IMG/VR virus record: IMGVR_UViG_2619619134_000010
Length of the DNA stretch: 28,425 nucleotides
Reading direction: 5' to 3' (one strand)
DNA from: a virus
Taxonomy: Duplodnaviria > Heunggongvirae > Uroviricota > Caudoviricetes
Under the pieces are notes generated by a model. It ran no database searches, had not been told where the DNA came from, and saw only the letters and a list, made by a program, of their open reading frames with translations. The position numbers and the translations under genes are program-made. Positions 1-8,154 of the stretch are shown one piece after another. Each line of letters starts with the position of its first letter. Position 1 is the stretch's first letter.

Positions 1-246
1 TCATTACCGGAAGATGAATATTCAGCAGAGCAAGTGGCTGATTGTTACCGTCTGCGATGGCAAATTGAACTGGCTTTTAAGCGGCTCAAAAGTTTGCTGC
101 ACCTGGATGCTTTGCGTGCAAAGGAACCTGAACTCGCGAAAGCGTGGATATTTGCTAATCTACTCGCCGCATTTTTAATTGACGACATAATCCAGCCATC
201 GCTGGATTTCCCCCCCAGAAGTGCCGGATCCGAAAAGAAGAACTAA
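1..246 (+). mobile_element. 3' fragment of an IS-element DDE transposase gene (5' part lies outside the window)
   Basis: Frame open from nt 1 to TAA at 244-246; translation ...ADCYRLRWQIELAFKRLKS... carries the Y-x2-R-x3-E-x6-K (YREK) signature of IS4-superfamily transposases. Exact IS family and the terminal inverted repeat not determined. Confidence 0.6.
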
Positions 247-605
247 CTCGTTGTGGAGAATAACAAAAATGGTCATCTGGAGCTTACAGGTGGCCATTCG
301 TGGGACAGTATCCCTGACAGCCTACAAAGCGCAATTGAAGAACGCGAGGCATCGTCTTAACGAGGCACCGAGGCGTCGCATTCTTCAGATGGTTCAACCC
401 TTAAGTTAGCGCTTATGGGTAAAACTCCCCGGTCTTGAGGCCCGCCGTTCGGCGGATGAATGGTTATGTCGCTACGATTTGCCGAAAGTCTGAACCGCTT
501 CTGGCGACCACTCATGATTGCGCTGTTGTGTGTCGTTGTGGTGCTCCGGGGTGTGCTGTGGCTGCGGTGAATAATCCCTTACCGGCCCTGATTGCCGGAG
601 GGTGT

Positions 606-956
606 ATGGCGGCGCTGGGGGTGATGAGCGTGCTGGCTGCCGTGGTATGGGGAATGCACCAGAAGACACAGCGTCTTGAAGACAATAATCATGTGCTTGT
701 GCGTGAACGGGACGAAGCCCGTCTGGTGCTGGCAAACCAGCAACGTACCCTGCAACTCATTTCACAAATCAGTAAGGCGGCCACGAATGAAAAACAGCAG
801 AACATGCAGCACAGCGAGGAACAGCAGAGCATTGTCCGCCGGTCGCTGGCAACGGTGCCTGCGGCCTCTGTTCCTGTGCCTGATGATGTGGCTGACCGGG
901 TGCGGCGGGCCGTCTGTGAAATACGTGCCGGTGAAGCCGGTGCCGATCCCCGCTGA
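606..956 (+). CDS. i-spanin (Rz-like inner-membrane spanin); start uncertain (ATG 606 with GGAGG 4 nt upstream; alternatives GTG 567, ATG 456)
   Basis: N-terminal hydrophobic helix MAALGVMSVLAAVVWG followed by charged coiled-coil-like region; a lipoprotein ORF overlaps in the +1 frame, the classic spanin arrangement. Confidence 0.6.
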   Translation: MAALGVMSVLAAVVWGMHQKTQRLEDNNHVLVRERDEARLVLANQQRTLQLISQISKAATNEKQQNMQHSEEQQSIVRRSLATVPAASVPVPDDVADRVRRAVCEIRAGEAGADPR

Positions 957-1158
957 ATGGCTGGCTGACTGTCTGGTTCCTCCTGTGCCGCAGCCGTTCA
1001 CGTTTGGCGCATCGGTCACTTACAACCTGCAACTGCTGGCGGTGATTAAGAACTGCAACGTGGACAAGGCCAGCATCCGCCGTCTGGAGGCACAGCGACA
1101 GCATGAATTTACTGATATGGCCGGAACGACTGCTGTTCCGGCAGGAAAGACGAAGTAA
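787..1158 (+). CDS. o-spanin (Rz1-like outer-membrane lipoprotein), overlapping the i-spanin in the +1 frame
   Basis: Lipobox LTGC after hydrophobic stretch LFLCLMMW; mature part proline-rich (VKYVPVKPVPIPAEW...PPVPQP) with conserved Cys; AAGG about 8 nt upstream of ATG 787. Starts inside the i-spanin gene and extends past it. Confidence 0.6.
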   Translation: MKNSRTCSTARNSRALSAGRWQRCLRPLFLCLMMWLTGCGGPSVKYVPVKPVPIPAEWLADCLVPPVPQPFTFGASVTYNLQLLAVIKNCNVDKASIRRLEAQRQHEFTDMAGTTAVPAGKTK

Positions 1159-1168
1159 GGAAAAAGGT

Positions 1169-1396
1169 ATGGATGATTCAGATTGTGCTCAGGCAGTCGT
1201 GGAGCGGGCAACAGAACGCGCCCTTTGTGACCGGCTGACACGTAAGTGCCGGGTGGAGGAGACTCCGGGCAGGCGTGTATGCGCAGACTGCGGGGGTGAC
1301 ATTCCGGCCGCCCGTCTGGTTGCCGTGCCGGATGCCATCCGTTGTGTGAACTGCCAGAGCATCATGGAGGCCGGTCATGTGGGTCAGCATCGTTAA
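1169..1396 (+). CDS. TraR/DksA-family C4 zinc-finger protein
   Basis: MDDSDCAQAVVERATERAL...CADCGGDIPAARLVAVPDAIRCVNCQ: CxxC-x17-CxxC zinc finger with the DksA/TraR-like spacing; AAGGAAAAAGG just upstream of ATG 1169. Listed ORF 1103..1396 begins at an upstream alternative start. Confidence 0.7.
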   Translation: MDDSDCAQAVVERATERALCDRLTRKCRVEETPGRRVCADCGGDIPAARLVAVPDAIRCVNCQSIMEAGHVGQHR

Positions 1397-1688
1397 AGAT
1401 TATGTCGTGCCGATCCTGTCGGCAACAGCCACGGCCGGGGGGATCTTTATGGCGCTGATGCGCAAAACCTTTGTCCCCCGCGAGGCCTTTGAAAAACTCT
1501 CCGACCGGGTTGAGCGGGTGGAGAGCCGGATTTCCGGCCTGCCCACGCAGCAGGAGGTGAACAGACTCAATATCGAAATCACCACCCTGCGCGGTGAGCT
1601 TAAGGCCACCAATGCCACCCTGAAATCCGTCTCCCACCAGAACGAACTGCTGCTGGAGCAGGCTGTAAGGAAAAAACACAATGAGTGA
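1377..1688 (+). CDS. Small membrane-anchored coiled-coil protein (Mu lysis-region gp25-like; possible endolysin-release factor)
   Basis: N-terminal hydrophobic segment VVPILSATATAGGIFMAL followed by a heptad-rich region; position between the spanins and the packaging genes. Function assigned only by position and architecture. Confidence 0.55.
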   Translation: MWVSIVKDYVVPILSATATAGGIFMALMRKTFVPREAFEKLSDRVERVESRISGLPTQQEVNRLNIEITTLRGELKATNATLKSVSHQNELLLEQAVRKKHNE

Positions 1689-1971
1689 TTTCATTACTGA
1701 AGATCAGCGTCTTGTCATTCTGCGGTCGCTGGCGGATTACAACGGCGAACTGGGCGAATCCGTGCTTCAGGACTGCCTGGATGATTACGGCCACCGCGTG
1801 TCCCGCGACACCGTTCACACCCACATTGCCTGGCTTGCTGAGCAGGGACTGGTGCGTAAGCGCACGCTTGTTAACGGTTATTTCATCGCTGAACTGACCG
1901 GCCGGGGTCAGGATGTGGCGGAAGGTCGTGCCACTGTTCCGGGTGTGAAGAAACCACGCGCAAGGGGGTAA
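1681..1971 (+). CDS. Conserved Mu-like phage protein (gp26-like), probable winged-helix fold
   Basis: ORF overlaps the upstream stop; 96 aa; sits immediately before the small-terminase-like gene as in Mu-like late regions. Confidence 0.55.
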   Translation: MSDFITEDQRLVILRSLADYNGELGESVLQDCLDDYGHRVSRDTVHTHIAWLAEQGLVRKRTLVNGYFIAELTGRGQDVAEGRATVPGVKKPRARG

Positions 1972-1973
1972 CG

Positions 1974-2555
1974 ATGGATAAGCCGACGCGTGGCCGTGTA
2001 CGCAAGGTGGATTTGCTCCCCGACAGCATCCGTAAGCCGCTGCTGGAAATGCTGCGTGAAAAACGTCTGACGCAGGTCCAGATCCGCGAGGAAATCAACC
2101 GTCTGATCCGTGAAGCAGGTCTGCCGGAAGAGCAGCAGCTCTCACCGGCGGCCATCAGCCGGGAAGCCTCCCGTAATGAGCTGATTGCCCGTAATCTGCG
2201 TGATTTACGCGAGCAGACAAAAGCCATGATGGCCGAACTGGGGGATAAGCCGACCGGTGAAACCACGGCACTGATTCTGGAGATGTCCCGTGCCCTGATG
2301 TACCGCCGTCTGCGTGCCGCCACCGAATCCCTGAACAGCGACAGCGATGTGGATATGCGCCTTATTAAGGACATCCTCCTGTCGGCACAGCGTGCAGAAA
2401 GTGCCGCCGAGCGCAGCATTAAGCGTGAAAAAGAAATCCGGGCCGCATTTGCTGAAGAGATGGCGAATGCGGTCACCGATGAGTTGCGCGGCGTGGATGG
2501 CATGAGCGAGCAGATCGAATTCCGTATCAGGCAGATGCTGCTGGGTAAGGCGTAG
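1974..2555 (+). CDS. Terminase small-subunit-like protein (Mu gp27 family)
   Basis: 193 aa, Arg/Glu-rich helical protein directly upstream of the large terminase gene; start ATG 3 nt after the previous stop. Confidence 0.65.
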   Translation: MDKPTRGRVRKVDLLPDSIRKPLLEMLREKRLTQVQIREEINRLIREAGLPEEQQLSPAAISREASRNELIARNLRDLREQTKAMMAELGDKPTGETTALILEMSRALMYRRLRAATESLNSDSDVDMRLIKDILLSAQRAESAAERSIKREKEIRAAFAEEMANAVTDELRGVDGMSEQIEFRIRQMLLGKA

Positions 2556-2565
2556 GAGGTGAATC

Positions 2566-2814
2566 ATGGCAACAGATAACCGCTCACTGATGAGCAGTGC
2601 CCATCAGAAAGCATTCAGTCTTGCAACACAGTTACCTCCTGAAACCATAAAGGTATGTCGTGAGTTGACTGAACTCAGCATTGCCGGGGAAATATCCCTG
2701 GAACAACTGCATTCGCTGCTGGCAGAGGCTGCCACTGATGAGTTGAGCGGCGTGGACGTGATGACTGAAGAGCTTGAGTCCCGAATCAAAAGCATTCTGA
2801 CAGGTAAAGCATGA
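2566..2814 (+). CDS. Small protein whose C-terminal 26 aa duplicate the C-terminal tail of the upstream small-terminase-like protein
   Basis: C-terminus TDELSGVDVMTEELESRIKSILTGKA versus TDELRGVDGMSEQIEFRIRQMLLGKA in 1974..2555; GGAGG upstream of ATG 2566; stop overlaps the TerL start (ATGA). Confidence 0.6.
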   Translation: MATDNRSLMSSAHQKAFSLATQLPPETIKVCRELTELSIAGEISLEQLHSLLAEAATDELSGVDVMTEELESRIKSILTGKA

Positions 2815-4478
2815 TGAACAAAGCCAGAGAAACGTCGCCTTCACTGATGCAAATGACGCCTCCCCGCAAAATTGATCTGTCCGGTGAAAAAGCCCTGCTG
2901 GGCGTGGATGTGCCGGACAGCCTTGATTTGCCCGGTGATATGCCGGTGTTTCTGGATTATCAGGCCCGCTGGTTTGCAGATGAAAGTCAGGTCTGCATCG
3001 CGGAGAAATCCCGCCGCACCGGTCTTACCTGGGCGGAAGCCGGGCGTAACGTCATTACTGCTGCAAAACCGAAGCGTCGTGGTGGCCGCAATGTGTTTTA
3101 TGTGGGATCAAAGCAGGAGATGGCGCTGGAATATATTTCTGCCTGCGCGCTGTTCTCCCGTGCCTTTAACCAGCTGGCAGATGCTGATGTGTATGAGCAG
3201 ACATTCTGGGATCGGGATAAAAAAGAAGAAATTTTGACCTACATGATCCGCTTTCCGAACAGTGGATTCAAAATTCAGGCATTGTCTTCCCGTCCGTCAA
3301 ACCTGCGCGGCCTTCAGGGGGATGTGGTGATTGATGAAGCCGCGTTCCACGAGTCACTGGATGAGCTTCTCAAGGCGGCAATGGCGCTCACTATGTGGGG
3401 CGCGCGCGTGCGTATTATCTCCACGCATAACGGCGTCGATAATCTGTTTAATCAGTACATTCAGGAAGCCCGCGAGGGGCGCAAGGATTACAGCGTCCAC
3501 CGCATAACCCTGGATGATGCCATTGCGGACGGGCTGTACCGTCGTATCTGTTACGTCACCGATCAGGAATGGTCACCGGAAAGCGAGCAGAAATGGCGTG
3601 ATGATCTCTACAAAAACGCCCCGACCCGTGAGGATGCCGACGAGGAATACGGCTGTATCCCGAAAAAATCCGGCGGTGCCTATATCCCCCACGCGCTTAT
3701 TGAAATGGCGATGATCCGCGACATCCCGATTCTGACGTTTGAAGCCCCGGACAACTTCATCAGCCGTGCCGCATGGCTGCGTGAATCGGAAGTTTTAACC
3801 TGGTGTGAAGAACATTTAAAACCGCTTTTAGAGAAATTAAATCCCCGTTCCCGCTTCAGCTTCGGGGAAGACTTTGCCCGCACCGGTGACCTGTCCTGCT
3901 TTATGCTGCTGGAAATCACCGAATCCCTGGCAAAGCGCGAGGTGTTTCGCGTGGAGCTGCGCAACCTGCCGTATGCCCAGCAGGAACAGGTGATGATGTA
4001 CATCCTGACCCGCGTTCCGGCGCTGGTCGGTGCGGCGTTCGACGCCACCGGTAACGGCGGCTATCTGGCAGAGGCCGCACTGCTGGCCTTTGGCCCGGAT
4101 ATCATCGACTGCGTGATGTTGTCGCCGAAGTGGTACGGCGAGTGGATGCCAAAACTGAAAGCCGAGTTTGAAGATCAGAATATCCTCGTCGCCCGCCATC
4201 AGACCACGCTTGATGATTTGCGCCATGTGAAGGTAGTGAATGGTATCCCGCAAATCGACAAGGGGCGCACGAAGGACCAGAACGCAACGGCTGCGAACGC
4301 CCGCCGCCATGGTGATTTTGCCGTGGCGCTCTGTATGGCAAACCGGGCGTCATACATGGAGGGCTTCATCCTGGATGAATCAGCCTGTCAGGCGCTACCG
4401 GAGCGGTCGCGGGCAATGGAGGGCGGTTATCGTGATGACGATGAGGCATATCATGAATTTGATCGGGGGGGCTGGTAG
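2811..4478 (+). CDS. Terminase large subunit (Mu gp28-like)
   Basis: 555 aa; Walker-B-like VVIDEAAF motif; position and size match Mu-type TerL; translationally coupled to flanking genes. Confidence 0.85.
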   Translation: MMNKARETSPSLMQMTPPRKIDLSGEKALLGVDVPDSLDLPGDMPVFLDYQARWFADESQVCIAEKSRRTGLTWAEAGRNVITAAKPKRRGGRNVFYVGSKQEMALEYISACALFSRAFNQLADADVYEQTFWDRDKKEEILTYMIRFPNSGFKIQALSSRPSNLRGLQGDVVIDEAAFHESLDELLKAAMALTMWGARVRIISTHNGVDNLFNQYIQEAREGRKDYSVHRITLDDAIADGLYRRICYVTDQEWSPESEQKWRDDLYKNAPTREDADEEYGCIPKKSGGAYIPHALIEMAMIRDIPILTFEAPDNFISRAAWLRESEVLTWCEEHLKPLLEKLNPRSRFSFGEDFARTGDLSCFMLLEITESLAKREVFRVELRNLPYAQQEQVMMYILTRVPALVGAAFDATGNGGYLAEAALLAFGPDIIDCVMLSPKWYGEWMPKLKAEFEDQNILVARHQTTLDDLRHVKVVNGIPQIDKGRTKDQNATAANARRHGDFAVALCMANRASYMEGFILDESACQALPERSRAMEGGYRDDDEAYHEFDRGGW

Positions 4479-6067
4479 TGGGACGCATCATTGATACTGA
4501 CGGAAAACCTTTCTCCTTTGACCCGGAGATGCAGAGTGCCGCGCTGGATATTCCGCAGATTGCCAGCCGTTATATTGAACATCCGGCTTCGGGTATCACC
4601 CCGAACCGGGCGGCGCAGTGCCTTCGCGGGGCTGAACGTGGCGATCTGATTGCCCAGTCCGATCTGGCCGCTGATATTGAAGAAAAGGACACCCACCTTT
4701 TTGCGGAGCTGGGCAAGCGACGTCTTGCCATTCAGGGGGTGCCATGGAGTATTGAGCCGCCACCGAACGCCAGCGCGAATGAGAAAAAGGACGCGGAAAT
4801 GCTCGACGAATATCTGCATTCCGCAGACTGGTTTGATGCCATGCTGTTTGACGCCACGGATGCCATCCTGAAGGGCTATTCCTGCATGGAAATTGAGCAC
4901 GGGATGCTCGGTAAAATGCACATCATCCGCGCCATCCGCTGGCGTGACAGCGGGCATTTCTGCCTTAACCCGGATGATTTGAGCGAACTGCGGCTGCGTG
5001 ACGGCAGCCATGCCGGGGTGGCGTTTCAGCCTTTTGGCTGGATAGTGCATCAGTCACGTTCACGGACCGGTTACGGTGGCGCAACGGGGCTTGTCAGGAC
5101 GCTTATCTGGCCGTTCATTTTCAAAAACTATTCCGTGCGCGATCTGGCCGAATTTCTGGAGGTGTACGGACTGCCGATGAAGGTCGGGAAATACCCGTCC
5201 GGGGCAACACCGGAGCAGAAAAGCGCCCTGATGCGGGCGGTGATGGATATCGGGCGACGTACAGGCGGGATCATCCCGGCCGGGATGTCGCTGGAATTTC
5301 AGGCGGCAGCAAACGGGCAGGCCGATCCATTTGAAACCATGATTTCGTGGGGGGAGCGTTCCATCTCCAAAGCAATACTCGGCGGCACGCTGACCACGGA
5401 AGCCGGAGACAAAGGCGCGCGCTCGCTGGGTGAGGTGCATAACGAGGTGCGCCGGGAAATCAGGGATTCTGATTTACGGCAGCTGGCTGCAACCCTGAAC
5501 CGCGATCTGGTGTATCCGCTGTACGCCCTGAACACCACGCACACTATTGATATCCGCCGTCTGCCACGTATCTGCTTCCAGACCAAAGAACCAGGTGATA
5601 TCACCAAAATCACCAGTGCGGTGATGCAGCTCAGTACGGGGATGGATATTTCTGATCCCTGGATACGGGAGCAGACCGGTATTCCGCAGCCCACGCCCGG
5701 TGAAGCCATATTCCGTGTCCGTCAGAGTGGCAATGAACCGGCTCAGACCGACAGGGAAACACCACCGGAAAAACAGGAAAAAACAGAGCAGACGGCGCTG
5801 TCAGCCAGACTGCCGGAAGCGAAAAGCACGCCGCGTGATGAACTGGATGATATGGGGGACGCGGTGCCTGCCCGCCGCTTACAGGAGGCCATCGACCCGG
5901 TACTGGAGCCGGTCATTGATGCCATCAGAACGCGGGGGCTGGCGGATGCGCTGGCAGACCTGCCTGCCCTTTATCGTGAAATGGATGATTCCCGCCTGAT
6001 GACGCTGCTCAGTGATGCCATGTTTGCTGCGGAAATGAAGGGGATGCTGGATGACACAGGGGATTGA
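4478..6067 (+). CDS. Portal protein (Mu gp29-like)
   Basis: 529 aa ORF immediately after TerL, start overlapping the TerL stop; acidic C-terminal region typical of portals. Confidence 0.8.
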   Translation: MGRIIDTDGKPFSFDPEMQSAALDIPQIASRYIEHPASGITPNRAAQCLRGAERGDLIAQSDLAADIEEKDTHLFAELGKRRLAIQGVPWSIEPPPNASANEKKDAEMLDEYLHSADWFDAMLFDATDAILKGYSCMEIEHGMLGKMHIIRAIRWRDSGHFCLNPDDLSELRLRDGSHAGVAFQPFGWIVHQSRSRTGYGGATGLVRTLIWPFIFKNYSVRDLAEFLEVYGLPMKVGKYPSGATPEQKSALMRAVMDIGRRTGGIIPAGMSLEFQAAANGQADPFETMISWGERSISKAILGGTLTTEAGDKGARSLGEVHNEVRREIRDSDLRQLAATLNRDLVYPLYALNTTHTIDIRRLPRICFQTKEPGDITKITSAVMQLSTGMDISDPWIREQTGIPQPTPGEAIFRVRQSGNEPAQTDRETPPEKQEKTEQTALSARLPEAKSTPRDELDDMGDAVPARRLQEAIDPVLEPVIDAIRTRGLADALADLPALYREMDDSRLMTLLSDAMFAAEMKGMLDDTGD

Positions 6068-7382
6068 TTTAGGTTATGCCGCCACGCTTCCCTCAAAAGA
6101 GGCGGTAGCATACTTCCGTGTCAAAGGGGCGCATATCAGCTGGAACTGGTTCGAAACAGCCGCGGATGTTCATGCCCGCTCATTCACGGCAGCAAAAGCG
6201 GCACGCCTGGATGTGGTGACCACGTTACAGGCCGAAGTGCAGCGGGCCATTGATGAGGGAATTTCACAGAAAGCATTTATCCGCACGCTGACGCCACGCC
6301 TGCAAAAGCTGGGATGGTGGGGAAAGCAGATTGTGGTGGACAGCGACGGTAACGCGGAAGAAGTGCAACTGGGCAGTCCCCGTCGTCTGGCGCTGATTTA
6401 CAACGTGAACACCCGTGTGGCTTACAATGCCGGGCGTTACACGCAGATGATGAACAACACGGACACGCATCCGTTCTGGCAGTATGTGGCGGTCATGGAC
6501 AGCCGTACCCGCCCGTCGCATTCCGCCCTTAACGGTCTGGTATTCCGCTATGACGATCCGTTCTGGAAAACACACTACCCACCTAATGGCTGGAACTGCC
6601 GCTGCCGTGTGCGGCCATTGTCTCAGGCTCGTCTGGATGCAATGGGGTTATCCGTTTCATCCGGTGAGGATCATCTCTCCACCCGCAATGTTGAGGCTGG
6701 CGTGGATAAACAGACCGGAGAAGTCAGAGAAATGCCGGTGACCACATATTCAGATGGCACCAGAACCATGACACCGGATGTGGGCTGGTCATATAACCCC
6801 GGCTCGGCAGCGTTCGGCACAGACCAGGCGCTGATCCGCAAACTGATCGAGGTGAAAAGCCCGGCGTTACGGGAAATGGTGGTTCAGGAGATGAACAACA
6901 GCCCGGAGCGGCAGCTGGCGTTCCGCATCTGGGCAAAAAACATCATGCAGACCCGGCGAGGTGGTAACGATATCCGCACGCTGGGCTTTATGACTGAAAG
7001 CATTGCGCAGGCAGTGGAAAGCCGGACGGGAACGCCACCGGCCCGCCTGCTGGCGATGAGCGGTAAAAATGTGCTCCATGCAGACAGTGTGAAACATCAG
7101 AATGACGGCATCGCCCTGATGCCAGAGGACTTCGGGCGCTTACCGGCAATGCTGGCAAAGCCAAAAGCGGTGCTGTGGGACAAACGGCACAAAAATCTGA
7201 TGTATATCGTGGAAAATAAGGATGGCAGTGTGCAGATTGCCGTTAATGCACCGTACAGTCTGAAACGTCAGCCCGACAAACTGGATGTGATTGTGAATGC
7301 TTACCGGGTTATCAATATGGATAAGCTGAAATCGGATATCCGGGGCGGAATGCTTGAGGTGCTGGAAGGACAAATTGATTAA
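6051..7382 (+). CDS. Head morphogenesis protein (Mu F / gp30-like)
   Basis: 443 aa ORF overlapping the portal 3' end; conserved position after the portal in Mu-like phages. Confidence 0.75.
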   Translation: MTQGIDLGYAATLPSKEAVAYFRVKGAHISWNWFETAADVHARSFTAAKAARLDVVTTLQAEVQRAIDEGISQKAFIRTLTPRLQKLGWWGKQIVVDSDGNAEEVQLGSPRRLALIYNVNTRVAYNAGRYTQMMNNTDTHPFWQYVAVMDSRTRPSHSALNGLVFRYDDPFWKTHYPPNGWNCRCRVRPLSQARLDAMGLSVSSGEDHLSTRNVEAGVDKQTGEVREMPVTTYSDGTRTMTPDVGWSYNPGSAAFGTDQALIRKLIEVKSPALREMVVQEMNNSPERQLAFRIWAKNIMQTRRGGNDIRTLGFMTESIAQAVESRTGTPPARLLAMSGKNVLHADSVKHQNDGIALMPEDFGRLPAMLAKPKAVLWDKRHKNLMYIVENKDGSVQIAVNAPYSLKRQPDKLDVIVNAYRVINMDKLKSDIRGGMLEVLEGQID

Positions 7383-7503
7383 CGGTCAGTGGCGGGGGGC
7401 GAACCCGCATACATGATCCACCCGGAGGCAGGCACCGACTTTACCAGTTAAGCGTACACTGACCGCCTGTTTATTTTATATTCATCCTTTATGCGGAGGC
7501 AAT

Positions 7504-7977
7504 ATGTCATCCATTGATGCCGCTGTCGTTGTTGACGTTACGCGTCTCCAGCGGGTGTTTGCCCGGCTTCAGTTTGTGGGCGGCGGAAAAGACCTGGCCC
7601 GCAGTGTGGCGGAGAGTCTTCTGTCATCGTCAGAAATGGCGTTTGAACAGGAAAAAGAGCCGGACGGCGAACGCTGGCATGACTGGTCAGATCCTTACCG
7701 CAAGTGGCGTACCCGTAAGGGATACACGCCCGGCAAAATCCTGACACTGAACGGCGATCTGGCCCGCCGCCTGACCACGGATTATGGCGATACCTGGGCG
7801 CTGATTGGATCAAATGAACCTTATGCGGCCATTCATCAGTGGGGTGGCCTGCCTGGTATGCCACCGGGACCGGCGGCCATTGGCGCACGTCCGTATATGG
7901 GCTTTGATCAGGTGGCAGAACAGGAGATCATGGACGAAATCAGAAAACGCTTTAAAAAGGCCACAGAAACGCCGTAA
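7504..7977 (+). CDS. Virion morphogenesis protein (Mu G-like)
   Basis: 157 aa; GGAGG 5 nt upstream of ATG; position between F-like and I-like genes. Confidence 0.7.
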   Translation: MSSIDAAVVVDVTRLQRVFARLQFVGGGKDLARSVAESLLSSSEMAFEQEKEPDGERWHDWSDPYRKWRTRKGYTPGKILTLNGDLARRLTTDYGDTWALIGSNEPYAAIHQWGGLPGMPPGPAAIGARPYMGFDQVAEQEIMDEIRKRFKKATETP

Positions 7978-8154
7978 TGGTTTAAGGTATACAAACGCAT
8001 TACCTTACCCTCTTCAGGCGCGTGTCGTGATTTTCTAACCTGTATTTAACGGGCTTTAAAATCTGCGTGAAGCGCCTTTCTCATTTTTCCCCTGTCAGCA
8101 CTTTCTGAAGTCCCGCAAAACCGGCCCCGAAAAACACCGGCTTATGCTGCCGGA
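7978..8154 (+). promoter_or_regulatory. 177-bp intergenic gap upstream of the I-like gene: candidate late promoter region
   Basis: Largest non-coding gap inside the otherwise tightly coupled head operon; in Mu a C-dependent late promoter precedes gene I. No sequence motif confirmed. Confidence 0.3.

Noticed and set aside
221-409. 62-aa + strand ORF just after the transposase fragment
   Set aside because: Starts inside the transposase 3' end, has no recognisable features and probably spans the IS terminus; may be a gene remnant but not callable.
435-605. N-terminal extension of the i-spanin ORF from TTG 435 or ATG 456, including a Cys-rich segment (HDCAVVCRCGAPGC)
   Set aside because: Would put about 50 residues before the membrane helix, atypical for i-spanins; the start with a GGAGG at 606 is preferred. 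It remains an alternative.
1883-2503. 206-aa minus-strand ORF antisense to the small-terminase-like gene
   Set aside because: Arg/Ser-rich low-complexity translation typical of the antisense strand of GC-rich coding DNA; the + strand gene fits the operon.
2872-3237. 121-aa + strand ORF in an alternative frame inside the large terminase gene
   Set aside because: Fully embedded in the TerL frame, Cys/Arg-rich, no independent start context.
4451-5050. 199-aa minus-strand ORF antisense to the portal gene
   Set aside because: Antisense shadow ORF inside a well-supported + strand gene; no ribosome binding site or operon context.
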